Assembly: GCA_963798915.1 (NCBI GenBank)
Contig: CAWCVB010000005.1
Coordinates: forward strand, 313,291 to 377,290
Direction: 5' to 3'
Length of the DNA stretch: 64,000 bases
Source of the DNA: an uncultured Gemmatimonadales bacterium
Lineage (GTDB): Bacteria > Gemmatimonadota > Gemmatimonadetes > Gemmatimonadales > GWC2-71-9
Positions 39,943 through 49,808 of this stretch are shown here, piece after piece. Both the position numbers and the translations under genes were made by a program. Every line of letters starts with the position of its first letter. Within the stretch, counting starts at the first letter, position 1. The notes beneath the pieces are model-generated. The model had not been told where the DNA came from. It did not search any database and was given only the letters and a program-made list of their open reading frames with translations.

Positions 39943-42900
39943 TCAACCGGCCTTGACGTAGTGGACGGCGTCCGGTCCGAGGATCTCGCGCAGCGCGCGC
40001 ACCAGATTCTCATCGGCCTGAACGCGAATACGACGGGCTCGGAGGCGGACAGCCTCCCCATTCCCGTCGCTCCAGTCAATATACAGGGGGGTCGGGCCCG
40101 GGTGGGCCGCGCAGATCGCGCTGGCAGCCCGGACCGAGTCGGTGGGCGGGGCCCCGGTCAGGCGCCATCGGAGGCAGAGCGCCAACGCTCCCGAGCTCTT
40201 GAGCTCTGCCAGGGGCCGAGCCGACTCCACGATGAACGGCGCACGGTCTTCTCCGCGGTCACGGTCACTGTATCCGCCAGTCAGCAGCATCGGGCTGTCG
40301 GCGACGATGACCTGGCTCAGGCGGGCCCAGGCGTCCGGAAAGACGATCGCCTCGGCGGTGCCCTGAAAGTCCTCGAGGACCAGCCGGGCGTATTCCTTCC
40401 CGGTCTTCTTGGAAATCTGCCGTTTTACGACGGTCACGACGGCACCGATCGTCACGGGATGCTCGCTCCATTCGTGCAGCGTGGCGGTGCTGCGTGAGCC
40501 GAACAGCTCGACCTCGCTCCGGAAGCGTTCCAGCGGATGGCCCGAAATGAAGAATCCCAGGACCTCCTTTTCGCGTGCCAGCCGTTCGCCCTCGCTCCAC
40601 GCGGGCACCTCCGGCAGCGCCACTGCGTGGGTGCGGACTGGCTGTGCCTCCCCGAAGAGGGAGGATTGGCCGGCCTCGCGTTCCGCCTGCTTGAGCTGCG
40701 CCTCGGCCAGGACGTGCTCGAGCGCCTCGCTCAGCTGCTTGCGATGGCCGCCCAGCCCGTCGCAGGCCCCGGCGGCGACGAGCGACTCCAGCACCCGCTT
40801 GTTGCACAGACGAATGTCGATCCGCTCGGCAAAATCATCGAGCGAGCGGAAGGGTCGCTCCGCGCGCGCCTCGATGATGGAGCGGATCGCGCCCTCCCCG
40901 ACATTGCGCACGGCGCCCAGGCCGAACCGCACCCGCTGGTCACTGACCACGGTGAACTTGAAACCCGATTCACTCACGTCGGGCGGCAGGATCTCGATGT
41001 CCAGACTGCGGGCCTCGTTGATATACTGGACCACCTTGTCGGTGCTGCCGATTTCCGAGGAGAGCAGTGCCGCCATGAACTCGGCGGGATAGTGAGCCTT
41101 GAGCCACGCCGTCTGGTAGGACAGCACCGAGTACGCGACCGAGTGCGACTTGTTGAAGCCGTAGCGCCCGAACGTCACGATCTGGCGGCCCAGCTCCTCG
41201 ATCATCGGCTTGGGATGCCCCAACGCCGCGGCCCGCTCAACGAAGCTGGCCACCGCTGCGTTGGCCATCTCCTGGTCCTTCTTGCCAACGGCCTTGCGCA
41301 GCACATCGGCTTCGGCCAGGGAGAAGCCGGCCAGCACGTTGGCGATGCGCATCACCTGCTCCTGATAGGTGATGACGCCGAACGTCGGTTCGAGAATCTC
41401 GCGCAGCAGCGGATGCGGATAGCTCACCTGTTCCTGGCCGAGCTTGCGCCGGATGAACACGGTGTGCATTCCGGCATCGAGCGGGCCCGGTCGGAGCAGG
41501 GCGTTGCAGGCGACCAGGTCGTCGAACCGATCACACTTGAGGGCCCGCAGCGTCTCGGTCGCCAGCGCTGACTCGAACTGGAACACTCCGCCTGTGCGGC
41601 CCGCCCGCAGCAGGCTGTAGACCGCCGGGTCGTCGAACGTCAGCGCATCCACATCCACCGCGATGCCGCGCCGCGACCGGATCATCTCCACCGCGTCATG
41701 AATCACGGTCAGCGTCTTCAGGCCGAGCATGTCCATCTTGAGCATGCCGACTTTTTCGAGCGGCCCCATCTCGAACTGAGTGATGATGGAATCCGCGCCA
41801 TTCAGCCCGGCCCCTGCACCACGGGTCGGCGCAGTGCATACCGGCACGTAGTCGGCGAGCGGGCCGGGTGCGATGACGACGCCGGCGGCATGCACTGACA
41901 TGTGCCGGCTGACTCCCTCGATTCGCGCGCTGAGGTCCATCAGGCGCTGATAGGCCGGGTTGCCGCGCACCAGCTCTCGCAGTTCATCGACCCGGCGCAG
42001 CGCCTCCGGAATCGTGAGACTGTAGGCGGGTCCCGACGGGATCAGCTTGGTCAGGCGGTCGGCCTCGCCGGGCGGAATGCGAAGCACCCGTGCCACATCC
42101 TTCACCGCAGCCCGAGCCTTCATGGTGCCGAACGTCACGATCTGCCCGACGCTGTCCCGCCCGTAGCGCTCACGCACATACTCGATCACTTCGCCCCGCC
42201 GCTCGAAGCAGAAATCCACGTCGATGTCCGGCATCGAGACACGTTCCGGATTGAGGAAGCGCTCGAACAGCAGGTCGAACTTCAATGGGCACACATTGGT
42301 AATGCCCAGCGCATAGGCCACCAGCGAGCCGGCCGCCGAGCCTCGGCCCGGTCCGACCGGGATGCCCCGCTCGCGCGCGGCCTGAATGAAGTCCTGGACG
42401 ATCAGGAAGTAGCCGGCGTAGCCTGCGGTCTCGATGACCTGCAGTTCGTACTCCATTCGCTCCTGCACCGGCGCGGGCAGGGGTGTCCCGTAGCGGCGCG
42501 CTGCGCCCTCCAGCGTCAGGTGCCGCAGCAGCGCTTCGTCGCTCTCAAACCCCGCCGGCTTGGGAAAACTGGGGACGAAGTAGCGCTTCTCGAAGTCGAA
42601 CTCGCATCGATCGGCCACGGTCTGGGTGCTGGTGATCGCTTCCGGCTGGTCCCGGAACAGCGCCCGCATCTCGGCTTCACTCTTGACGTACGACTCGGTG
42701 CCGGTGAAGCGGAAGCGCCTGGGGTCGTCGAGGTCGGCGCCGGTGCCGATGGCAAGCAGCACATCGTGACTCTCGGCATCCTCACGGCGGAGGTAATGCG
42801 CATCGTTGGTGGCCACGACGCCAAGCCCGAGATCGCGACTCAAGCTCAACATGCCCTCCGTGACCAGGTCTTCCTCCGGAATACCATGTTTCTGGATCTC

Positions 42901-43422
42901 GAGCCAGAAGTTCTCCGGCCCAAAGACTCCCGACAGCCATTGGGCGGTCTTCCGCGCCTCATCGAACTTCTGCTGGCGCAAGTACAAGGCGATCTCGCCG
43001 GACATGCACGCGGCCAGACACACCAACCCTTCGGAGTGCCGCTCCAGTACCTCACGGTCAATTCGCGGCCGACGGTAGAAGCCCTCCGTGTACCCGATCG
43101 ATGAGAGTCGGACGAGGTTGTGGTATCCGGCCCGGGTTCGGGCGAGGAGGACGAGGTGGCTGTATGCTGCGGGTGCCCAAGTGGGCTTTTCCCGCGCCTG
43201 GCGGGGGCCGAAGGCCAGGTAGGCCTCAAAGCCCAGGATGGGCCGAAGTTGCTGGGCTCGGGCGGCCTCGTAGAACGTCCACGCAGCATGCAAGTTGCCG
43301 TGGTCGGTCACGGCAAGCGAATCCATGCCAAGCCGCCGGGTGTGCGACACCAGGTCGCCGATCCGGTTGGCCCCATCCAGCAGCGAATATTCGCTATGCG
43401 TGTGCAGGTGTACGAATGCCAT
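39943..43422 (-). CDS. dnaE: DNA polymerase III subunit alpha
   Basis: FVHLHTHSEYSLLDG, GPGRGSAAGS, MPDIDVDF, FNKSHS, OB fold. Confidence 0.97.
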   Translation of the reverse strand: MAFVHLHTHSEYSLLDGANRIGDLVSHTRRLGMDSLAVTDHGNLHAAWTFYEAARAQQLRPILGFEAYLAFGPRQAREKPTWAPAAYSHLVLLARTRAGYHNLVRLSSIGYTEGFYRRPRIDREVLERHSEGLVCLAACMSGEIALYLRQQKFDEARKTAQWLSGVFGPENFWLEIQKHGIPEEDLVTEGMLSLSRDLGLGVVATNDAHYLRREDAESHDVLLAIGTGADLDDPRRFRFTGTESYVKSEAEMRALFRDQPEAITSTQTVADRCEFDFEKRYFVPSFPKPAGFESDEALLRHLTLEGAARRYGTPLPAPVQERMEYELQVIETAGYAGYFLIVQDFIQAARERGIPVGPGRGSAAGSLVAYALGITNVCPLKFDLLFERFLNPERVSMPDIDVDFCFERRGEVIEYVRERYGRDSVGQIVTFGTMKARAAVKDVARVLRIPPGEADRLTKLIPSGPAYSLTIPEALRRVDELRELVRGNPAYQRLMDLSARIEGVSRHMSVHAAGVVIAPGPLADYVPVCTAPTRGAGAGLNGADSIITQFEMGPLEKVGMLKMDMLGLKTLTVIHDAVEMIRSRRGIAVDVDALTFDDPAVYSLLRAGRTGGVFQFESALATETLRALKCDRFDDLVACNALLRPGPLDAGMHTVFIRRKLGQEQVSYPHPLLREILEPTFGVITYQEQVMRIANVLAGFSLAEADVLRKAVGKKDQEMANAAVASFVERAAALGHPKPMIEELGRQIVTFGRYGFNKSHSVAYSVLSYQTAWLKAHYPAEFMAALLSSEIGSTDKVVQYINEARSLDIEILPPDVSESGFKFTVVSDQRVRFGLGAVRNVGEGAIRSIIEARAERPFRSLDDFAERIDIRLCNKRVLESLVAAGACDGLGGHRKQLSEALEHVLAEAQLKQAEREAGQSSLFGEAQPVRTHAVALPEVPAWSEGERLAREKEVLGFFISGHPLERFRSEVELFGSRSTATLHEWSEHPVTIGAVVTVVKRQISKKTGKEYARLVLEDFQGTAEAIVFPDAWARLSQVIVADSPMLLTGGYSDRDRGEDRAPFIVESARPLAELKSSGALALCLRWRLTGAPPTDSVRAASAICAAHPGPTPLYIDWSDGNGEAVRLRARRIRVQADENLVRALREILGPDAVHYVKAG

Positions 43423-43665
43423 GGCGTCTATCGCGGGGAGCGCGCGCGCGTGCCCGCTTCTTGCAACCGGATGGGGCACACCCAGAGCGGCGACAGCCCC
43501 CACATCGGGCCAGTTACATTGTTGCAGAAGTGAACGTGAATTGCAAACTCGTGTCTCACGGCGGGAAGGTATCGGCCGTGTCACCGATTGTCAAAAACTG
43601 TTGTGATACCTACGCTTAATGGTCCTGGCCGTGGTCGGGATGGTGATCTGGAGGCAGATTTGCAC

Positions 43666-45390
43666 ATGCGAAGGCTGGGCACGCTGGCGCTGTTTGTGCT
43701 CGCCATTGGCGCCTGCGGCGGCGACGCAGTCGCACCAAACCCAGGCAACGGGCCGCCCGGCGACAGCACGCCGTCTCCCGGCATCGTCAGCTGTTCCAAC
43801 CCGACGGACATCAGTCTCCCCGTTGGCGGCGCACAGGTCCTGGATCCGGCGAGCAACGGCGGGTGCGTCCGGTTCCCGGCGGCCGCAGCGAACGGGGCCG
43901 AGTATCTCTACTTGGCGGCGGCCACCAATGGGCACGAATCGTCCGCCGGTGTTTCGGTCAGCTACGAGCTGCGTGGAGCGCCAGTCTCGCTGACCGCGTC
44001 GATGGCGAATCCTTCCTCGCCCGTTCCCCAGTCCCTTTCCTTGAGCACGGTACCGCATCGCAACGCTGGCTTCGACGCCATGCTGCGCCAGCGCGAGCGG
44101 AGCCTGGCCCGGAACACGGCGGCGGTCTCGCTGAGTCGGGCCCGCATCAGTGCCAACCTGGTACCCATTCCTCCAGTGGTTGGCAGTCACCGGACGTTCA
44201 AGGTCTGCAAGACCATCGACTGCACCGCCTTCGTGGATGTCGCGGCCACGGCCAGGCATGTCGGACCCAAGGGCGCCATCTACCTGGACGATAGCGTTCC
44301 GTCCGGCGGCTACACGCTGGCCGAGATTGATTCGGTCGGCTTCCTGTTCGACAACTACCTGTATCCAGTGGATACGGTGTCATTTGGGCGGGAGTCGGAC
44401 CTGGACAACAATGGCGTTGTCGCGGTGCTGCTGACCGACCAGGTGAACGCGCTGAGCCCCAACTGCGATGCCGATGGCAGTGTGATTCTGGGTTTCTTCT
44501 ACGGCAATGACCTGCTGCCGTCCAATGTGGGCTCCAACGGCGGTGAGGTATTCTACGGCCTCGTTCCGGACCCGACCAACACCAAGTGCGGTATCTCGCA
44601 CGAGTTCGCCAGCGCGTACCTGGCACCTACGTTCATTCATGAATTCCAGCACATGATCAGCTTCAACCAGCATGTGCTGGTGCGTGGCGGGTTGAGCGAG
44701 GACACCTGGTTGAACGAGGGATTGTCGCATTATGCCGAAGAGCTTGGCAGCCGGAGCATTCCGGATCAATACTGCGTGAACAATGATTGCCTCACCCAGT
44801 TCGCCATCGGCGATCTCCAGAACGCCTACAGTTACCTGGGAGATCCCGAGTCGTTCTTCCTGGTGGAGCCCAGTTCCTCAACGGGGCTGCTCGAGGAACG
44901 CGGTGCCAACTGGCTGTTCGTGCGTTGGCTGGTGGACCAGTTCGGGTCCGATATCATCGGCGCCACCTTCACCCGTTCGCTTGTGGCGACGTCCAAGCTT
45001 GGCGCCGACAACGTAGCGGCTATCACGGGCGTGGCCTTCGCCACGCTGGTGCCACAGTGGCAACTCGCCAACTACCTCGACGACCTGCCGGGCTTCGTGG
45101 CCCAGGACGCCCGGCTTCGATATTCCAGCTGGAATTTCCGGACAACGTTCGATGCGTTCCATCAGCAGAATCCCGGCAGCTTCGCCGCTGGCTACCCGTT
45201 ACTGCCGGACACCATGCTGTCGTCGGCCTATGACCGGAAGGGCACACTTCGGGCCGGTTCGGGGCCGTTCCTTCGGGTGATTCAGCCAGCTCAGGGAGAG
45301 ACGGTCACGGTGCAGTTGACCGACAGTCTGCGTCGCGCGATCGGCGCGAGCACCGCGGCGCCGCGCATCGGCATCGCGCGGATTCGTTGA
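43666..45390 (+). CDS. Lipoprotein zinc metallopeptidase (HExxH; M30-like)
   Basis: Lipobox IGAC; HEFQHMISFNQH and WLNEGLSH. Confidence 0.8.
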   Translation: MRRLGTLALFVLAIGACGGDAVAPNPGNGPPGDSTPSPGIVSCSNPTDISLPVGGAQVLDPASNGGCVRFPAAAANGAEYLYLAAATNGHESSAGVSVSYELRGAPVSLTASMANPSSPVPQSLSLSTVPHRNAGFDAMLRQRERSLARNTAAVSLSRARISANLVPIPPVVGSHRTFKVCKTIDCTAFVDVAATARHVGPKGAIYLDDSVPSGGYTLAEIDSVGFLFDNYLYPVDTVSFGRESDLDNNGVVAVLLTDQVNALSPNCDADGSVILGFFYGNDLLPSNVGSNGGEVFYGLVPDPTNTKCGISHEFASAYLAPTFIHEFQHMISFNQHVLVRGGLSEDTWLNEGLSHYAEELGSRSIPDQYCVNNDCLTQFAIGDLQNAYSYLGDPESFFLVEPSSSTGLLEERGANWLFVRWLVDQFGSDIIGATFTRSLVATSKLGADNVAAITGVAFATLVPQWQLANYLDDLPGFVAQDARLRYSSWNFRTTFDAFHQQNPGSFAAGYPLLPDTMLSSAYDRKGTLRAGSGPFLRVIQPAQGETVTVQLTDSLRRAIGASTAAPRIGIARIR

Positions 45391-45394
45391 GCAG

Positions 45395-46480
45395 GTGCGC
45401 AGGCGGCGGCGCATGATCTTTCTCGTGATCGTGGGAGCCCTCGTCGCCGGTGCGAGCACGGCGTACGTCGCCAGCGACGATGTCCGCTATGTGACCCGCG
45501 CCGGGTTTGAGGAAATCCGTATCCTGCAGGCGCGCGAACCCATTGCGCGCCTGGTGGCCGATTCGGCGACGCCGCCGGAATTACGCGCCTCCCTCCGGCT
45601 CGTTCTCGATGCCAGGGACTATGCCGATTCCCTGGGGTTGGAGGCGGCGCGGACCTACACGACCTATGCCGATGTCGGCCGGGACACACTGTTGCTGGTG
45701 CTGCAGGCCGCGCCTCCCGACTGTATCTGTCCCTACACCTGGAAGTGGCCCATTGTCGGACGGATGCCCTACAAGGGGTTCTTCGACCCGGCATCGGCGA
45801 AAAGGGAAACCGAGCGGCTGGCCGGGCGCGGCTATGACACGTACCTCCGGCCGTCGGGCGCGTTTTCCACGCTGGGATGGTTTGAGGACCCGCTGCTGTC
45901 CACGGCACTCTCAGCCGACTCGATGGAGCTCGTGGCAACAGTCTTCCATGAAATCGCTCACAATTCGCTCTATGTGCCCAGCGCGACCCCATTCAACGAG
46001 AGTTTTGCCCAGCTGGTTGGCTACCGGGCGGCCGAGCGCTTTTTCCGGGAGCGAGGCGACACGCTCGACGCCCGCCGGGCCGCTGACCGCTGGCACGATG
46101 AGCAACTGCTGGGAGCGTTCTACACCGAGCTGACCGATCGGCTGGACCGGTTCTATGCCGGGGCGCCGGACTCGGCGGCGCTCGACTCAGGCCGGCTGGC
46201 GGAGGGCCGGTGGGCTCGCAGCCAACTGGAGGGACCGCTGGCGGATTCCCTCCGGACCTATCGGGTTGGCGCGCTTCCCGAGCGACCGGTCAACAATGCA
46301 CGCCTCATTGGCGCCACGATCTACCGTTCGCACCTTGACTGGTTCGAGGCGTACTTCAGGCGGCATGACACCGACATTACCAAGACGGTCGCCGCGCTTC
46401 GTTCGCTCATGAAGGATGCGGATGGAGATGAGGCCTTTCGCCGCCTGGAGCACGCAGTGGTGGACCCCGCGCCGTCGTAA
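45395..46480 (+). CDS. Putative aminopeptidase (DUF2265-like)
   Basis: WPIVGRMPYKGFF, AFSTLGWFEDP, FHEIAH, FNESFA. Confidence 0.85.
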   Translation: MRRRRRMIFLVIVGALVAGASTAYVASDDVRYVTRAGFEEIRILQAREPIARLVADSATPPELRASLRLVLDARDYADSLGLEAARTYTTYADVGRDTLLLVLQAAPPDCICPYTWKWPIVGRMPYKGFFDPASAKRETERLAGRGYDTYLRPSGAFSTLGWFEDPLLSTALSADSMELVATVFHEIAHNSLYVPSATPFNESFAQLVGYRAAERFFRERGDTLDARRAADRWHDEQLLGAFYTELTDRLDRFYAGAPDSAALDSGRLAEGRWARSQLEGPLADSLRTYRVGALPERPVNNARLIGATIYRSHLDWFEAYFRRHDTDITKTVAALRSLMKDADGDEAFRRLEHAVVDPAPS

Positions 46481-46506
46481 GGGCAGGCCGAGGCCTCTGA
46501 TACGCA

Positions 46507-46533
46507 AATGCCCCGGCGAGCGGCCGGGGCATT
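46507..46533. terminator. Hairpin between convergent genes
   Basis: aatgccccggc/gccggggcatt 11-bp stem. Confidence 0.65.
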
Positions 46534-46556
46534 ATTGCGTCAGGAATCCACGAGGG

Positions 46557-47081
46557 TTACTGCGGGGGGCTCGTGGTGGTGGCCGGCGTGCTGTCCGTCC
46601 GCCCATTCGGGTCAACCACCGGGTTGTTGCCAGGGGTCGCAGGTGAAGCCGGCGTCGCCGGGCTCGCCGGGGTGGCAGGCGTCACTGTGGGATCGACCGA
46701 CGACGATGGCGGCGTGGCGGGGGTAACGGCGTTCGTGCCAGGCGCCGACTGTGGCGTGGCAGCCGTGGTGTCGCGATCCGGCGTGCCAGTGGAGGGATAG
46801 TCACGCTTGTCCCGCTTTTCCATCTTCGTCTGGAAGTCAGGATTGGCCGCGTTCACACTGTCGCACATGGTGCGCAGGGAGTCGGTCACGGCGGGAGCTG
46901 GCGCGGCCATGTTCGAGTTGTCCCGTGCACTGTCCCGCTCGGCGAGCGAAAGGCACTGCTTCTGCAGGGTCTTGGAATTCACCTTGGGTTTGCCTGAATC
47001 CTGCGCCTGCGCCGAACCAGCGCCGATTGCAAGCAGACCCAGGACCAATCCGGTGGAAAGAAGTGGGATTCGGTGTCTCAT
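46557..47081 (-). CDS. Secreted low-complexity protein with PAT/PAS repeats
   Basis: Signal peptide AQA; Cys pair; TPATPASPATPASPATP. Confidence 0.65.
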   Translation of the reverse strand: MRHRIPLLSTGLVLGLLAIGAGSAQAQDSGKPKVNSKTLQKQCLSLAERDSARDNSNMAAPAPAVTDSLRTMCDSVNAANPDFQTKMEKRDKRDYPSTGTPDRDTTAATPQSAPGTNAVTPATPPSSSVDPTVTPATPASPATPASPATPGNNPVVDPNGRTDSTPATTTSPPQ

Positions 47082-47300
47082 AACGTTACGCCTCTTTTGC
47101 GGTAGAGCGCTTGGAGCTGGTCCGGAGTCACGTTCGGCACCAGCCGCGAGGCCATAGTTTAGCGATCTGCTCCCGTTCGCTCTGTGAGTCCGCTCACCAC
47201 CGCGCGTTTCGCCACGTCACGTCGGACGGTGCGCTGGTGACTGGCTCTCATTAAGCTTTTGGGGTTTGGCTGCGAGATTCGTCCCTAACCAGGTGATCGC

Positions 47301-48671
47301 ATGGACAGTGGCTTCGTGCAGGACAACCGCGAGCGCATGCTCCGGGAACTTACGGACTTTCTGGCCATCCCGAGCGTCAGCGCGTTGCCTGAGCATGCCG
47401 GAGATTGCCGTCGTGCGGCGGAATGGCTCGTGGCCGAGTTTCGGCGGCTCGGATTTCCGGTCGCCCAGCTGCTGGAGGGGCGAGGCCACCCGGTCGTCTG
47501 GGCGGAGGGACCGGCCGCGCCGGGTCGCCCGACGCTGCTCATCTACGGCCACTATGACGTGCAACCGGCCGATCCGCTGGACGAATGGGTGACGCCACCC
47601 TTCGACGCGACCGTTCGGGATGACAAGCTCTATGCCCGTGGTGCCGCTGACGACAAGGGACAGGTCTACTGCCTGCTCAAGGCATGGGAAGCGGCTTGCG
47701 CGGAGAGCAGCGGGCCGCCGCTGAACATTCGCTTGGTGATCGAGGGCGAGGAGGAGTGCGGCGGCGAGGTGGTCGCGGAAGTGCTCGCCGAGGAGCCGGA
47801 ACGACTTGCGGCCGATGCGGTGCTGGTTTGTGACATGGCGTATTATGCCCGCGGGTGGCCAGCGGTCTACACCGCCTTGCGGGGGATCTGCTATGCAGAG
47901 ATCCATCTGCGAACGCTGCGGCGCGATCTGCACTCGGGGAGCTATGGCGGGGTTGCTCCCAATGCGCTCGAAACCCTGGTACGGATCCTGGCGCAATTGA
48001 AGGACGCGGACGGCACCATCCGCATTCCGGGCCTCTACGAAGCCGTCAAGCCGCCATCGAAAGCGGAGCTGGACGCCTGGGCAGCCCTGCCCTTGAATGC
48101 CGACCGGTATCTGCGGGATGAACTGACCGCCAAGGCACTAACAGGACTGCCTGGCCGTTCCGTGCTTGAAAAGACCTGGGCACTGCCCACCTTCGAGGTT
48201 CATGGGATTCGCGGCGGCTTTGTCGGTGAGGGAGCCAAGACCGTGATACCTGCGGCGGCGCTCGCGAAGGTCAGCCTGAGGCTGGTGCCGGGCCAGACGC
48301 TCGACACCGTGCTGGCGGGGCTTCGAAGCGCAGTTCAGGCCCTCACGCCGGGCTGGGCGGACGTGGAGGTCCGGCTGATTCACGGTGCCGATCCGGTGCA
48401 GATCGACGTCTCGAATCCGGTGTTCGAACTGCTGGACCAGGCATTCCGGGAGAAAGTTGGCCGGGGTACGGTGATGGTGCGTTCTGGCGGCAGCATACCC
48501 ATCGTGTCAGTGCTGGGCTCGCGCGGGACTCCGGTGGTGCTCTCCGGCATCGGATTGCCGGACGATGGCCTTCATTCGCCCAACGAGAAGCTCGACCTGC
48601 AGCAGTTGTGGGATGGGGTGGACATCTTTGCGAACTTCTTCCAGTTGTTCCGCGATGCTCAGGCTGGGTGA
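47301..48671 (+). CDS. M20-family dipeptidase
   Basis: YGHYDVQP, RGAADDKGQ, EGEEE, DLHSG, HSPNE. Confidence 0.92.
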   Translation: MDSGFVQDNRERMLRELTDFLAIPSVSALPEHAGDCRRAAEWLVAEFRRLGFPVAQLLEGRGHPVVWAEGPAAPGRPTLLIYGHYDVQPADPLDEWVTPPFDATVRDDKLYARGAADDKGQVYCLLKAWEAACAESSGPPLNIRLVIEGEEECGGEVVAEVLAEEPERLAADAVLVCDMAYYARGWPAVYTALRGICYAEIHLRTLRRDLHSGSYGGVAPNALETLVRILAQLKDADGTIRIPGLYEAVKPPSKAELDAWAALPLNADRYLRDELTAKALTGLPGRSVLEKTWALPTFEVHGIRGGFVGEGAKTVIPAAALAKVSLRLVPGQTLDTVLAGLRSAVQALTPGWADVEVRLIHGADPVQIDVSNPVFELLDQAFREKVGRGTVMVRSGGSIPIVSVLGSRGTPVVLSGIGLPDDGLHSPNEKLDLQQLWDGVDIFANFFQLFRDAQAG

Positions 48672-48710
48672 GGGAGCCGACGTTACCACGCGGACCCAGG
48701 CAGCCGCTGC

Positions 48711-49256
48711 TCAGCGTTCCTCTGGCGGAATGGCAGGGCGGGGAACTCCGCCCGAATAACGGGCCTCGGTGCGGGCTTGCAGTTCGTCCACGCCGATCAG
48801 TGCGCGCGCCGACGCAATTATCCCTGCGACCACGTCGTCGGCCCAGTAGGGATCTGGACGCTCGGCTTCGGGAAGTGCCTCGGCGCACCGCTCCAGATAC
48901 CGAATGGCCGTCTCGATCCATTCGCTCTGGGCCGATGCCACCAGCGACCAGGAGCCCGTTGAACGCAGCTCCATCTCGGCCAGCGCCGCCAGGTGCGGCC
49001 GGATATCGCGGGAGACCTCGGCTGAACGCAGCCGCTCCGCCACCTGCGCCAGCACTTCCTTCCGCTCACTCTCCTGCGGCTCGGGCAAGGGGGCGAGGTA
49101 GTGCCGCTGGTCCGCCACCATTTCAGCCAGGCGAATGCACACCGCACGGATGGCCGGCTCCAGCGCCGCCGGGGCCTCTGCCGCCCAGCGCCGGGCCGCC
49201 CGCAGGATATCCTGCACCCGTTGGTCGGGCGTGCCCGGCCTGGTGTCGTCAACCAT
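48711..49256 (-). CDS. Hypothetical protein
   Basis: Helical ORF with a GGAG-like RBS upstream; follows the pdh operon; start uncertain. Confidence 0.5.
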   Translation of the reverse strand: MVDDTRPGTPDQRVQDILRAARRWAAEAPAALEPAIRAVCIRLAEMVADQRHYLAPLPEPQESERKEVLAQVAERLRSAEVSRDIRPHLAALAEMELRSTGSWSLVASAQSEWIETAIRYLERCAEALPEAERPDPYWADDVVAGIIASARALIGVDELQARTEARYSGGVPRPAIPPEER

Positions 49257-49345
49257 GGTTCGGAGAATGGCGGAGTCGTGCCGCCAAATCAACCGGTGCC
49301 GACAGGGCAGGAATTCAACGACGGAGGTGGGCGGCGCGCGGTTGA

Positions 49346-49807
49346 TCAGATGGCGAGCCGCCGGACAGTTCGGCCGAGGAGCAGCGCACCAAGCAGGCAC
49401 AGCGCGGCAAAGCCAACCAGCCCTGCCGGGCCCAGCAGCGCCCGCACCGGCAGCGCCAGCAGCATGCTGATGACCGTGGCGAAGGCGCTGACCGTGGCCA
49501 GCATGCCACGACGGAACCAGTTGCCGAGGGGAGCGAGCACGAGCCAGGTGGTGAGTGCCGCTCCGGCGAGCCCTGCCATGGTTCCGCCCGCAATCAGCAG
49601 CACGGCGGTGCTCTCGCTGGGGGTCATCCGGACCTGGAATGCGAGCACGGCGAGCATCGCAAGGACGACGATGGCGGTACCGGCCAGTGTCCCCATGGCC
49701 GTGCCGCGGAGGGCGAGTTGCACCAGCCGCCTGACGGCCGCATCGGCCTCGTGCTGAGCGACCCCGGCGTCTGGCTCCGGCGCCGCCTGCTCCTCGAACG
49801 ACGCCAT
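49346..49807 (-). CDS. Hypothetical 4-TM membrane protein
   Basis: Four hydrophobic segments; starts 1 nt after the lpdA stop. Confidence 0.7.
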   Translation of the reverse strand: MASFEEQAAPEPDAGVAQHEADAAVRRLVQLALRGTAMGTLAGTAIVVLAMLAVLAFQVRMTPSESTAVLLIAGGTMAGLAGAALTTWLVLAPLGNWFRRGMLATVSAFATVISMLLALPVRALLGPAGLVGFAALCLLGALLLGRTVRRLAI

Positions 49808-49808
49808 G

